Shown here piece after piece: positions 17,613-27,673 of a DNA stretch of 64,000 nt; the first letter of the stretch is position 1; every line of letters begins with the position of its first letter. Position numbers and translations under genes: made by a program. The notes beneath the pieces are model-generated. The model ran no database searches and was not told where the DNA came from. It was given only the letters and a program-made list of their open reading frames with translations. The stretch spans positions 3,624 through 67,623 of the forward strand of contig JAYRHW010000189.1 of assembly GCA_041907145.1 (NCBI GenBank), given 5' to 3'. This DNA comes from Bdellovibrionota bacterium. Its GTDB lineage: Bacteria > Bdellovibrionota_C > UBA2361 > JAFLCA01.

Positions 17613-18611
17613 CTACTTAACAGCTCGCAGAAATGGCTCCCCTTGGATATAGCTCTCCCGCTTTAGCTGCCCAACGAGGCGATCGGCCTGCGGCCTGCCT
17701 TGCTCAGGTCCGACAAGCACGCGGTAATACTCATCACCCCGCACTCGTGCGACTTCAATCATCACCGGGAACCCGGAAGACTTCAGCCGAGCCGCTAGGC
17801 TATTGGCATCTTGAATCTTTCTAGGTGCTGCAACCTGGGCAAACCAGCCAGCTGGAATCTTTTCGCGGATTAAGCTCGAAGGATGCTGCTCCTTCGCCGG
17901 AGCGAGAGGTTCAACCGACTTCTCCTTCTTCGCAACTTCTCCCTGCTTCAGGGCCGGAGTATTGCTCGATAGCGAGGCTGCTGCACCTTGGCTCTTAACT
18001 GTACCCGACTCGGTCTTGTTCGGCTTATCAGCAATCAACGAACCCAAGGTCTTCGTTTGAGTCGGCTTGGCCCCCGATGATGGAGCCCTATCATCTGAAG
18101 TCCCCACGAGAGCGTGCTGGGCACTTCCAGCCTCTTGCTCGGCACGACCGGCAGCCACCTCACGCTCGAGCACCGCTCCCAGACTTTCCTGTCTGCGGCC
18201 AGCAGGGACGCTGCCTTCAGCGAGACTTGTGGTGGATTCCTTCTTAACAACTGGTTGTGGCAGATCCTGAGTCACTGGCGCGGACTCGGCTGACTTAATC
18301 GTGCCCAGAGGAATATCGACTGCTGCCCCGGCCTCCCGCTTAAGCTCAGAGTCCGAGACGACTGGTTGACTTAGCTTGGCATAGACCTCGGATGTGGTTT
18401 CGTCACGGGGACCCATGCCGTCGGAGGCAATCGGAATGCGCGCAACATTTGCAAGGCTGCGCTCCAGCGCCGACTCGAACCCGACCGCGCGCCCCGAGGA
18501 GAATCCAATATAGAAGGCACAGGCCATGGAGCCTGTCACAATGCCCAAAAGTATCACGAGTTGCGTCAGGCCCAGCCTAAGTTCCCACTGCTGGAGGTTT
18601 CTCTTGTTCAT
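17613..18611 (-). CDS. SPOR-domain (peptidoglycan-binding, FtsN/DedD-like) membrane protein
   Basis: N-terminal TM (LGLTQLVILLGIVTGSMACAFYIGF), a long low-complexity linker, and a C-terminal SPOR-like segment GWFAQVAAPRKIQDANSLAARLKSSGFPVMIEVARVRGDEYYRVLVGP. Start taken at the Met preceding the TM; the track ORF runs to 18665. Confidence 0.7.
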   Translation of the reverse strand: MNKRNLQQWELRLGLTQLVILLGIVTGSMACAFYIGFSSGRAVGFESALERSLANVARIPIASDGMGPRDETTSEVYAKLSQPVVSDSELKREAGAAVDIPLGTIKSAESAPVTQDLPQPVVKKESTTSLAEGSVPAGRRQESLGAVLEREVAAGRAEQEAGSAQHALVGTSDDRAPSSGAKPTQTKTLGSLIADKPNKTESGTVKSQGAAASLSSNTPALKQGEVAKKEKSVEPLAPAKEQHPSSLIREKIPAGWFAQVAAPRKIQDANSLAARLKSSGFPVMIEVARVRGDEYYRVLVGPEQGRPQADRLVGQLKRESYIQGEPFLRAVK

Positions 18612-18668
18612 AGTCGCCAAGGGTTTAACGGTAGGTCGGGTACGCGGTCCCGGCATCACTGCCATAAC

Positions 18669-19853
18669 TCAATCCTCTTCGAAGTCACACAGAGTTATAC
18701 TATCCGATAGGCTTTGAACCGCACCAGCTAAAATCTGCTGCTCTGGGCCATGCGGCCCGTCTTTCGACAAGGCAATACGGAAATCAGGGCTGTTCAAAAC
18801 TCTGCTAACTTGCGAGAGCAAATCGCGTAATGCATCGGAACATCTGGTTACCTCTCCAAAGTGTGCCGCCCGTATTAGAAACAAGCGAAGAAACCGGCGA
18901 CGGATTGCTATAGTTCGAAGGCGCGGCGCAAGGGCTTCGATATCCCCTAATGGCTCAAGATTTTGTTTAGGCGGGCCTGGCAGCAGCTTCTCTCCACGTT
19001 CACTGACGGCCTGCCAGTACCAAAAAAGATTGGCATCCTCGGACGATCGCGGCACGAAGAAATCAATCTCCGACCCGGGCAGCGACTCACTCAAATACCA
19101 ACAGAGATTTCTAAGCTCCGCGTCCTTCCATGCTGCAAAATCTTGCGGCAACTCTCGGTGGGTTCGAAACTCGAGCCAGGGACCTGTTGGCGAGTTTACC
19201 CGCAGCCGTTCCGAGTCGGCGCCCAAACTTTGACAGAGCAGGGAGAATTCACTGCGCGCGAGGGTCTGCGGAGGCAGCCAGACCGTCACGAGCTCTCTCG
19301 ACCCCGCGAAGTCTGATTTTACTATCTCCGTAAGGGAGTCTGCCGGCTGCTCCTTTTGCATAGACGTCAACACTTGCCGAACAACTTCGGGCAAGCTGCC
19401 GGTCAGCATTCTTCCTCCAAGCTTAAATCGAACAGGGCAATTAAATGCCCGTGCCAACGCGTACTGAGTGCACGCTACGAGGGCTATGCGCAGGTAGGAA
19501 AGCGGGGGCTGAAAGTTGCTATATGCCGGCAGCACTATGCCAAGGCCGGCTGTCTCCAGAGACTCAGGTTCAATGGTAAAAATATCATTCGGGTGCTCAA
19601 AGCGGACATTTAAATAGCCTCGCAGAATAGAGACTTCCAGGCCGGGAGGAAGGTTCCAAGCGCCGATAATTTCCTTGCAGATTGCATCCGGATGCAGCCC
19701 CGTTTGCGCCGCCAGATCAATTCCAACCGCACAGCCGACATCTCCCAGCGAAAGATCGATAAGCGGCTGAAACTGGGCCTGTCGAACGAATTGCGGCCAA
19801 AGCCCGCGCACTACCTTGGTCAAGGCGGAATCCAGATCTGCGAGTGCAGTCAT
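18669..19853 (-). CDS. hypothetical protein (394 aa)
   Basis: Long ORF that overlaps the upstream CCA-family gene by 4 nt. No recognisable motif. Confidence 0.55.
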   Translation of the reverse strand: MTALADLDSALTKVVRGLWPQFVRQAQFQPLIDLSLGDVGCAVGIDLAAQTGLHPDAICKEIIGAWNLPPGLEVSILRGYLNVRFEHPNDIFTIEPESLETAGLGIVLPAYSNFQPPLSYLRIALVACTQYALARAFNCPVRFKLGGRMLTGSLPEVVRQVLTSMQKEQPADSLTEIVKSDFAGSRELVTVWLPPQTLARSEFSLLCQSLGADSERLRVNSPTGPWLEFRTHRELPQDFAAWKDAELRNLCWYLSESLPGSEIDFFVPRSSEDANLFWYWQAVSERGEKLLPGPPKQNLEPLGDIEALAPRLRTIAIRRRFLRLFLIRAAHFGEVTRCSDALRDLLSQVSRVLNSPDFRIALSKDGPHGPEQQILAGAVQSLSDSITLCDFEED

Positions 19854-20938
19854 AGCACCAGTCCTCGGCGCTTCAGCTCCAAGGCTGCCCAGTCGCCGGC
19901 CTCACAAAGCCCAGCGGCAAGTAGTATTTCATCGGGGTAGGCAGCAACGTCACCCTGCAGCGGCCGGTGCGCTGCGCTGGCCTCCGCCAAATTTTGAAAC
20001 TGCAACGCAAGCTTCTTAGAAAGGCCAAACCCTCGCAGACAGTCAGAGTGCGCCTCAACCGGCTGCAGCGCAGCACAAAGGGCTGGGAACACAGCTGCGC
20101 GCTGCTCAAGTTTCCGATAGTTGGAGGAAGATTGATATCGCGCCCAACAGGAAAGAAATTTTTTTACACAACCGCTTAGCGCATCGACTTGCTCAAGCAC
20201 TCCCCAGACAGCCAGTAGTCGCAAGGACTCAAGTGGATTCGCCTCAAACAGCACCTTCCTCAGTTCATTGAGCTTGCGCTGCTCGGATATGGAGCCGAAT
20301 ACATCCGCACTCACTGCTGCACTGACCAGCTGCGCGGTCTGCGATTCGAGGTTGCCGCCCAGGCGCACCGCATACCGAGCAGCTCGAAAAATTCTGGTCG
20401 GATCGTCAAAAAAGCTTCGCTCGTGCAACACGCGCACGATTTTTGCATCGAGGTCCGCGAGGCCCTGAAATCTGTCCAGGACCTTAAGCCGCAGCGCTGC
20501 GGCCGATATTTGTTGAGGCAAGAGATCTCCGACAGGTATGGCCATCGCGTTAATCGAAAAGTCTCTCCGTTGTAAATCAGCCTCTATCGAGGCCAGCGCT
20601 ACCGTAGGCAACGCGCCGGGCTTGGCATACATTTCAGTTCGAGACGATGCCAAGTCAATTTCGTCGATTACGGCAAAGCGCTCGGGTCTTACTATCTTGG
20701 CAGTGTAGAAGCTATCGAAACGCTTAAGGCTACCGCCGGATAGCTTTTGGAATTCCTCCGCAAACAGAAGCGCATTGCCCTCAATGAGAAAATCAATGTC
20801 CTTGTCGAGCGGGCGCTGTCCAAGAAAAATATCGCGCACCACGCCGCCCACGACATAGGATCGCATGGACAGCTTTTCTGCCTGCGAGGATATCGCCTGA
20901 AAAATGGCGCGCTGCTCGGGCGAAAAAAGTTCAGTCAT
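19850..20938 (-). CDS. CCA-family tRNA nucleotidyltransferase / poly(A) polymerase head-domain protein (short form, no HD domain)
   Basis: GGVVRDIFLG...DKDIDF and RRDFSINAMA motifs of the polymerase-beta-like nucleotidyltransferase head domain. Length 362 aa. Confidence 0.8.
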   Translation of the reverse strand: MTELFSPEQRAIFQAISSQAEKLSMRSYVVGGVVRDIFLGQRPLDKDIDFLIEGNALLFAEEFQKLSGGSLKRFDSFYTAKIVRPERFAVIDEIDLASSRTEMYAKPGALPTVALASIEADLQRRDFSINAMAIPVGDLLPQQISAAALRLKVLDRFQGLADLDAKIVRVLHERSFFDDPTRIFRAARYAVRLGGNLESQTAQLVSAAVSADVFGSISEQRKLNELRKVLFEANPLESLRLLAVWGVLEQVDALSGCVKKFLSCWARYQSSSNYRKLEQRAAVFPALCAALQPVEAHSDCLRGFGLSKKLALQFQNLAEASAAHRPLQGDVAAYPDEILLAAGLCEAGDWAALELKRRGLVL

Positions 20939-22184
20939 GGTGCGCCTTGTAGGCTGTAAGAAACTCGCTTACTCCGTGAAAGAGTCCCTGAGCCACGGCC
21001 TGCCGAAAAGCCTTATTGGACAGCTGCTTAGCGTCAAGCGGATTATCAACAAACATGACCTCGACGAGGATGCAGGGCATATGGGCGCCAACCAGTACAT
21101 AAAAAGGAGCCTTCCGGACTCCTAAACTCTGTACTTTCCAGCGTGAAGCTACAAGCGTTCGAAAAAGCGCCTGATGGACGGTCGCCGCCAGTTTCTTGGA
21201 ATCATCAAGCTTTGCGCTCTGAACCAGATCACTGAGGATGAAATCTAAATCCGAGGCTCCGTCTGAATTTTGAGCATTCTCGCGCTGCGCCAAAAGTTTA
21301 CTCGCCTCATCTCCTGCTGTATCGAGATAGTACGTCTGCAGCCCGGACAACTTTTGCTTTGGGCTCGCATTGCTATGAATACTCAAAAACAACGTGGCGT
21401 CGGAGTCATTGGCAAAGGCAGTGCGATCGGCCAGGGGGACGAAGGTATCGCTTCGGCGGGTCAGCTTTACGTTCACTCTTCCCGTCTCCTGCAATAGGCG
21501 TTCCAGCTCGAACGCGATATCTAGCACGATGTCCTTTTCGTAGAGCCCGCTTATTCCTTCCGCTCCAAAGTCCTCTCCGCCATGCCCAGGATCAACCACA
21601 ATCAAGGGCGCATCCTTGACGGCAAATTCCGAATTCGGACGCTTGCTGGCCTCAGCTACCCCTCCTTCAAGCTGCTCGAGGCGAGCTCGCGCAATCTCGG
21701 TCGCATCCCCCCGAGGATATCGCCGCACGGCTTCAAGATAGGCCAGCTTTGCGGCTTCCACATCCGACCGCCGCGATGCGTGTAGATCGCCGATTCGCAG
21801 CAGTGCGTCATCGGCCAAATTCCCGTTTGGAAAACGTTCCACAACGGCACGAAGTTCTGCCAAACTCATCTGCAGATACGAATCATCATTCAAGGCTTGA
21901 AACAGTCTTTCATGTACAATCGAGGCGTCGATCAGCGCCTTAGGAGAAGATGTTGAAGCAGGATGCGCATCAGCAAAACGCACTAACCCCTCCCCGACGG
22001 TCTTCCACTCGGAAACTTTTGAAACCTCGGTGTCGGTATTTCTCAATTTCAAGTATTGGGCGCGCAAGAGTTCGTAATCCGGACTAGGAGACTCGGCGGC
22101 CGCCGGGCATACCATGACCAGGAACAATACAGCAAAGAGCCCCAAGAAAGAGCAGTGTAAAGACGTGCGGGAGAAAATATGCAT
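20931..22184 (-). CDS. N-acetylmuramoyl-L-alanine amidase (Amidase_3, AmiC-like) with N-terminal TPR-like region and signal peptide
   Basis: LIVVDPGHGGEDFG ... LFLSIHSNA catalytic motifs, plus an N-terminal signal sequence. Confidence 0.85.
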   Translation of the reverse strand: MHIFSRTSLHCSFLGLFAVLFLVMVCPAAAESPSPDYELLRAQYLKLRNTDTEVSKVSEWKTVGEGLVRFADAHPASTSSPKALIDASIVHERLFQALNDDSYLQMSLAELRAVVERFPNGNLADDALLRIGDLHASRRSDVEAAKLAYLEAVRRYPRGDATEIARARLEQLEGGVAEASKRPNSEFAVKDAPLIVVDPGHGGEDFGAEGISGLYEKDIVLDIAFELERLLQETGRVNVKLTRRSDTFVPLADRTAFANDSDATLFLSIHSNASPKQKLSGLQTYYLDTAGDEASKLLAQRENAQNSDGASDLDFILSDLVQSAKLDDSKKLAATVHQALFRTLVASRWKVQSLGVRKAPFYVLVGAHMPCILVEVMFVDNPLDAKQLSNKAFRQAVAQGLFHGVSEFLTAYKAHHD

Positions 22185-22208
22185 CTGTGCTACCTAGGCT
22201 AATGGACC

Positions 22209-24941
22209 TCAGTCGGGACGTTTTCCACCCTTGAGTCCTGCTTGCAGTGAGTGCAAGCGAAGTAAGGCTTCGAGCGGAGAGAGATCATTGATGTCTATCC
22301 GTTCAATCTCCGAACGCAAGCCCTTCAGCTCCTGGTAATCTTCCGGCTCCGCTGTGGGCTGAGCCGCGGGACGCTCGAAAAGTGCTAACTGAGAGCTGCG
22401 AACTTTTCGGGTGTCCGTCTCCTTCTCAATACCCAGAAGCAGTTCACGTGAACGACTTATTAGCGGCGCCGGCAGCCCTGCAAGCTTTGCAACTTCGATG
22501 CCGTACGACCGACTTGCTGGCCCCGGACCTATGACGTGGGTAAACACCACCTCCCCGTCCCGATCAACGGAGCCCACAGAACGGTTGGAAATTTCCGGAT
22601 ATACACTCTCTAACCCGGTCAATTCATGGAAATGCGTGGCGAAAAGCGCCCGGCTCCTGAGCTTCAAGACAATCCATTCCAGTATGGCTTGCGCGATGGC
22701 CAGCCCATCACTGGTCGCTGTTCCGCGCCCAATTTCATCAATGAGAAGTAAAGAACGCTCGCTGGCAGCAGAGAGAATATATGCTGCTTCACGCATCTCT
22801 ACCATGAAGGTTGATTCGCCTTCGGCCAAATTATCGGAGGCTCCGATGCGGGCAAACATTCGGTCGACCACGCCGATACGCGCGGCTCTGGCCGGCACGT
22901 AACAACCTAACTGCGCCATAATGACTATCAAGCCCGCCTGACGAATATAGGTGGACTTTCCCCCCATATTGGGTCCGGTGATAACCAAACAGCTCTGCTT
23001 GCGGGCAGATATCTCGAGCGAATTGGGAATAAAGCTGCCAAGCAATTTGGATGCTAGTACCGGATGCCGCCCCTCCGTAATCACTAACTCATCCGAACAG
23101 TCGACTACAGGACGCACGTAGCCTTCACGAGAACTGACCTCGGCCAAGGCTGATAAAACATCGAGCTGTGCCACGGCCGTAGCGACCGCTCTAAAGATCG
23201 GAGAAAACGGCCGGATGCGCGCCTTCAATTCAGTAAAGAGCTTTCGCTCAAGCTCGAGGATCTTGGCATCAGCGGTGCTGACTTCGCGCTCCCGTTCGAG
23301 GAGGGTCGGCAGCGTGAAGCGTTCTGCGTTGACGGTGGACTGACGGCGGATGTACTCAGGTGGAGTTTTGGCCGCATTAGCCCGCGTGATTTCGATGAAG
23401 AAGCCTAGCACGTTGTTGAATTTAATTTTCAGCGATCCAATGCCGGTGCGAATCCGCTCGGCTGCCTCGAGTTCGAGCATCCAGGCCGCTCCGGTGGCTT
23501 TAATCGCGCGCAAATGATCGAGCTCGCTTGAGAACCCTTCGCGCATGATTCCCGGATCCGCTGACGAAAGCGGCGGATTGTCGGCAAGAGCTGATTGCAA
23601 ATCTGCGAGGGCCGGACAGTCATGCCTCAAGGCCTGAGCCAGCGAGCCAAGCATTGCCGCGCTCTTTGGTTCGAATGTGGAGAGCACCTCAGCCAGCTCG
23701 GTAGCTACTTCCAGCGTGTCACGCAGAGCGGCGAGCTCCTTAGGTGAAGAAATATCCAGTTCGAGCCGCGCCGCCACACGTTCAGCATCCGTCACACGTC
23801 GCAGCAGTGTCTGCAGTCTCTCCCGAGCGGCATGGTGATCCATCAAAGCAGCGAGCGCATTTTGTCTCGCCTCGATGAAATCAACTCGGACGAGCGGGTG
23901 CAAGATCCAGTGGCGCAGGAGCCGTTGTGCACCACTCGTGATGGTACGATCCAAGTGTTCGAGCAATGTACCGGATGTGGAACCATCGCGGGCATTCTTG
24001 ACGAGCTCAAGATTCGTCCTCGTGCTGGCATCAAGCAGCAGCGCGTTCTCGTAACTCTTAAGACTGATTTCCTGGACGACAATCTGTGACCCGATTGTGG
24101 TTTCATCGATATAACCAAGCAGCAGCCGTACGGCCTTCTTCGCCGTGGATCCGAGCGCCGAATAGCCGGGCAGTACGGCAAAGCTCCGCCCACCGGTGGT
24201 CTGTGCATCGAAGTAAGACTCAGGACGGAATTTAAGACCCTGCGCCGGCAGCAGGCGCTCGATTTCTCGAACCCACGGCAATCGCCGATCCACCGGCCGA
24301 CCGGCAATCGAGCGGGGCACAATCAGTTCGGTTGCCTGAGCGCGCTGCAGTTCAGCTCCAAAGGCCGCCAAGGAAAGTCCGTCACGAACAAAAATTTTCC
24401 CCGTCTGCGCGTCTCCGAAGGCCAGGGCACAGTCCGAATCAGAGACGACAATTCCGGCAGCAACAATCGCCTCGACGGCAGGATCGACGTTGGAAGAGCA
24501 AATACGCACTCCAGGCGTGATGATTCGCTCCAGTTTGCGCTGCACCATTCCCTTGGCTGGAAGCGGCCCCTCTACCTGGCTCACGAGCGCAACGGAAAAG
24601 CCTCTAGCAACAAGACGATCAATGTAGTTATCGATGACTGCGATCGGCACTCCACACATCGGTATCGGATCGGGATCATTCTTATCGCGCGTGGTCAGCG
24701 TCAGATTGAGCACGCGAGACACTGTTACAGCATCATCGAAGAAAAGTTCGTAGAAATCGCCGACCTGGAAGAAGAGATGACAATCCGAGTATTGCCTCTT
24801 ATACTCGAGATACTGCGTCAGCATCGGAGGCAAGTCCTTACGCTGATGCCAGCGAGTGGCCGAATGCTCAAGCACCGACTGCTCAAGCACAGCCTGGTCC
24901 CGGATGCCCTCGGCCTCGCGTGATGATGGAAGCGAATTCAT
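22209..24941 (-). CDS. mutS: DNA mismatch repair protein MutS
   Basis: N-terminus TPMLTQYLEYKRQYSDCHLFFQVGDFYELFFDDA, Walker A ITGPNMGGKSTYIRQ, length 910 aa. Confidence 0.9.
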   Translation of the reverse strand: MNSLPSSREAEGIRDQAVLEQSVLEHSATRWHQRKDLPPMLTQYLEYKRQYSDCHLFFQVGDFYELFFDDAVTVSRVLNLTLTTRDKNDPDPIPMCGVPIAVIDNYIDRLVARGFSVALVSQVEGPLPAKGMVQRKLERIITPGVRICSSNVDPAVEAIVAAGIVVSDSDCALAFGDAQTGKIFVRDGLSLAAFGAELQRAQATELIVPRSIAGRPVDRRLPWVREIERLLPAQGLKFRPESYFDAQTTGGRSFAVLPGYSALGSTAKKAVRLLLGYIDETTIGSQIVVQEISLKSYENALLLDASTRTNLELVKNARDGSTSGTLLEHLDRTITSGAQRLLRHWILHPLVRVDFIEARQNALAALMDHHAARERLQTLLRRVTDAERVAARLELDISSPKELAALRDTLEVATELAEVLSTFEPKSAAMLGSLAQALRHDCPALADLQSALADNPPLSSADPGIMREGFSSELDHLRAIKATGAAWMLELEAAERIRTGIGSLKIKFNNVLGFFIEITRANAAKTPPEYIRRQSTVNAERFTLPTLLEREREVSTADAKILELERKLFTELKARIRPFSPIFRAVATAVAQLDVLSALAEVSSREGYVRPVVDCSDELVITEGRHPVLASKLLGSFIPNSLEISARKQSCLVITGPNMGGKSTYIRQAGLIVIMAQLGCYVPARAARIGVVDRMFARIGASDNLAEGESTFMVEMREAAYILSAASERSLLLIDEIGRGTATSDGLAIAQAILEWIVLKLRSRALFATHFHELTGLESVYPEISNRSVGSVDRDGEVVFTHVIGPGPASRSYGIEVAKLAGLPAPLISRSRELLLGIEKETDTRKVRSSQLALFERPAAQPTAEPEDYQELKGLRSEIERIDINDLSPLEALLRLHSLQAGLKGGKRPD

Positions 24942-25066
24942 GCCCTCTTTGTACCGATTCTATAGGGCAAAGTCATTACCGGACTGCAGCCGGCTCCGCT
25001 GGATACATGCTTTCGGATTTGCTCTAGAAGTAGTGTCCGTTTTGAGAATTTAGTGTCCGCTGTCTT

Positions 25067-25465
25067 ATGCAAGCTATCGCCACACCAACCATCCGAGATA
25101 TCGCTCTTATCGACGACGAGCCATCGGTACTCTTCGCACTGAAGCTTCTCCTCGAAGCCCTCGGTTATACCGTTTATGACTTTAACGCACCGGGCGAGGG
25201 CATCGCATTTTTACAGGGCGCGACACCAGTAGATTTATGCCTTTGCGACCTTAAAATGCCGGACACCAGCGGCCTAGGGGTGCTGGAGGCGACTAGAAAG
25301 GTACGCCCCACCCTGCCCTTTGTTCTGATGTCAGGCCACGCAACCACCGAAGAGGTGGATCGCTCTAAGGAACTGGGAGCAACCGGATTCCTATCCAAGC
25401 CGTTTACTCCCGAAGAACTGCGGCAGGTTGTAGAAGCGATTGAAAAAAGAAGTAATCCCAACTGA
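25067..25465 (+). CDS. single-domain response regulator (CheY-like receiver)
   Basis: IDDEPSVL...CLCDLKMPDTSG...VLMSGHAT...SKPF carries all canonical REC residues. Length 132 aa. Confidence 0.8.
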   Translation: MQAIATPTIRDIALIDDEPSVLFALKLLLEALGYTVYDFNAPGEGIAFLQGATPVDLCLCDLKMPDTSGLGVLEATRKVRPTLPFVLMSGHATTEEVDRSKELGATGFLSKPFTPEELRQVVEAIEKRSNPN

Positions 25466-25628
25466 GTAAATCCGCGCCGACGCCACACTTAAGCCCGATA
25501 TAGCGCGGCTTAGGCACAACTCTCGAGACGAGCATGACCTGCTGCCCCCGGCTGCAATCCACCACCCGGCGAACAACGCAGCTCGGAAGGTAGAGGAACG
25601 ACAGATGATGTCAGTGTGTACCCGGATA

Positions 25629-25664
25629 CTAAAAGAGCGGTGTAGACTCGCGCCTACACCGCTC
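25629..25664 (-). terminator. rho-independent terminator of rpsA
   Basis: Perfect 11-bp inverted repeat GAGCGGTGTAG-N8-CTACACCGCTC. On the minus strand it is followed by TTTTAG, ~20 nt past the rpsA stop. Confidence 0.55.
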
Positions 25665-25683
25665 ATTCAGACTGTCTCGGTGA

Positions 25684-27405
25684 TTACTTATCGCCGCCGT
25701 CCATCTTCTGACGGAGCAAGTCCCCGAAGGTAACAGCAGTGCTGGTATCTTCCATGAATTCCGCCATAGCTTCTTTCTCACTGCGACGCTTGATCGCCTT
25801 GATACTGAGGCTGATACGACGCTCCTCGCGATCGATATTGGTAACTTCGCTGTCGATCTTCGAGCCAACCTTGAACATCTCACCGATATTCTCGCCCTTA
25901 TCCACGCCAAGCTGCGAGTTGTGAATGAGTCCCTCGACGCCTTCCTCAATCTCAACGAAGAGACCGAAATCGGTAATGGAGCTGATCGTTCCCTCGACCT
26001 TGGTTCCGACTGGATAACGCTGGGAAATAGTATCCCAGGGATCCTGCGTAAGCTGCTTGACGCCGAGGCTCAAGCGCTCATTCGCAGCATCGATATCGAG
26101 CACTACGGCCTCGACATCGTCACCCTTCTTGAAGAGGTCGTGAATTTCTTTGGGGTCTCGAATGCGCTTCGTCCAGCTGAAGTCTGAAACGTGCACCAAT
26201 CCGTCGATCCCGTCCTCGACTCCGACGAAAATACCGAACTCGGTAATCGAACGAACCTTGCCCTTAACTCGCGATCCAATCGGATGCTTCTCGCGCAGCT
26301 CGTCCCATGGATTCGGCATGAGTTGTTTGAGTCCGAGGCTAATGCGCTGCTGTTCCTGATCGATACCTAGAATGACCGCTTCGACCATGTCGCCAACGTT
26401 GAGCATCTTGGAAGGATTACGAACCTTCTTGGTCCAGCTCATTTCCGAAACATGGATCAAGCCCTCTACACCTTCCTCGAGTTCAACGAACGCGCCGTAG
26501 TCGGTCAGGCTCATCACTTTGCCCTTGATGCGTCCGCCAACCGGGAAGCGCTCATGGACTGTCTGCCATGGATCGGTCTTGAGCTGCTTCATGCCTAAGC
26601 TGACGCGCTCCTTCTCGGCGTCGTACTTGAGCACGACCACTGGAACGTTCTGCCCGATTGAAAGCTTCTCGGAAGGATGATTGATGCGGCCCCAAGAGAT
26701 ATCCGTGATATGCAGGAGACCATCGATACCGCCGAGGTCGATGAAGGCACCGTAGTCGGTGACATTCTTGACAACGCCTTCCATGACCACGCCTTCGGCC
26801 AATACCTTGAGGGTCTCGGCACGCAAGCTATCGCGCTCGGACATCAAGACAGCGCGGCGCGACAATACGATATTACCCTTATCGCGTGTGATCTTGAGAA
26901 CCTTGAAATCAAAGTTCTGATCGATGAACTTGTCGAGATTGCGATGCGGACGGATATCAATCTGCGAGCCAGGCAAGAATGCCGGAATGCCGATATCGAC
27001 CTGCAATCCACCCTTGACCTTCTGCACCACGCGGCCAGAAATAAGCGTGTTCTTCTTGAAAACGTCTTCGACGTGGTTCCAAATCTTCTGCTGATCTGCG
27101 CGCTCTTTCGAGAGCAAGACCTGCCCGGCCTCGTTCTCGAGCGAGATGATATACACGTCGACCTTGTCGCCGACCTTCGCAGTGATCGCGCCTTCGGGGT
27201 TGGTAAACTGGGTTGAAGGAACAACGCCATCGGACTTAAAGCCGATGTCGACCGTGACCATTTCCTTGTTTACGCCGACAACCGTGCCGGAAACTATTTT
27301 GCCGGGCTTGAGTTTGTCGAATTTTTCGTTGAGGAGCCGCTCGAATTCAGAAGCAAAACTGCCTGAAGAGCCGCTGTCGGAGAAACTACCTGCTGCCATT
27401 ACCAT
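25684..27405 (-). CDS. rpsA: 30S ribosomal protein S1
   Basis: 573 aa with six repeated S1 domains (e.g. GKIVSGTVVGV..., GGIDGLLHITDISW...), a typical RpsA layout. Confidence 0.95.
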   Translation of the reverse strand: MVMAAGSFSDSGSSGSFASEFERLLNEKFDKLKPGKIVSGTVVGVNKEMVTVDIGFKSDGVVPSTQFTNPEGAITAKVGDKVDVYIISLENEAGQVLLSKERADQQKIWNHVEDVFKKNTLISGRVVQKVKGGLQVDIGIPAFLPGSQIDIRPHRNLDKFIDQNFDFKVLKITRDKGNIVLSRRAVLMSERDSLRAETLKVLAEGVVMEGVVKNVTDYGAFIDLGGIDGLLHITDISWGRINHPSEKLSIGQNVPVVVLKYDAEKERVSLGMKQLKTDPWQTVHERFPVGGRIKGKVMSLTDYGAFVELEEGVEGLIHVSEMSWTKKVRNPSKMLNVGDMVEAVILGIDQEQQRISLGLKQLMPNPWDELREKHPIGSRVKGKVRSITEFGIFVGVEDGIDGLVHVSDFSWTKRIRDPKEIHDLFKKGDDVEAVVLDIDAANERLSLGVKQLTQDPWDTISQRYPVGTKVEGTISSITDFGLFVEIEEGVEGLIHNSQLGVDKGENIGEMFKVGSKIDSEVTNIDREERRISLSIKAIKRRSEKEAMAEFMEDTSTAVTFGDLLRQKMDGGDK

Positions 27406-27673
27406 ACTTTCAATTTTCCTGTGTCCGATTCCCTCTGCAGGAACCTGACACTCATCGATGTGGGTTATGCTTTGACGGCGAGCACCGATGTTTACTTAGC
27501 CGCAAAGCCGGCGCAACAATTTGCGCCCTTGCCTCTTCCCTTTTAACCTTCGGGAAAGAGGCCAAGTTGTAGCAGATTATGCATGGGAGGTCACGTTTAG
27601 GACCTTCGCCCGCACCCAGCAACAGGCGCCGCTGCAGGAATCGAGAAATACTCGGCGAAATCAGCTAGTTGCC

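Noticed and set aside
18669-19853. DALRDLL string in the 394-aa protein as a DALR anticodon-binding domain
   Set aside because: It is a single short coincidence. There are no HIGH/KMSKS motifs or other aminoacyl-tRNA synthetase features.
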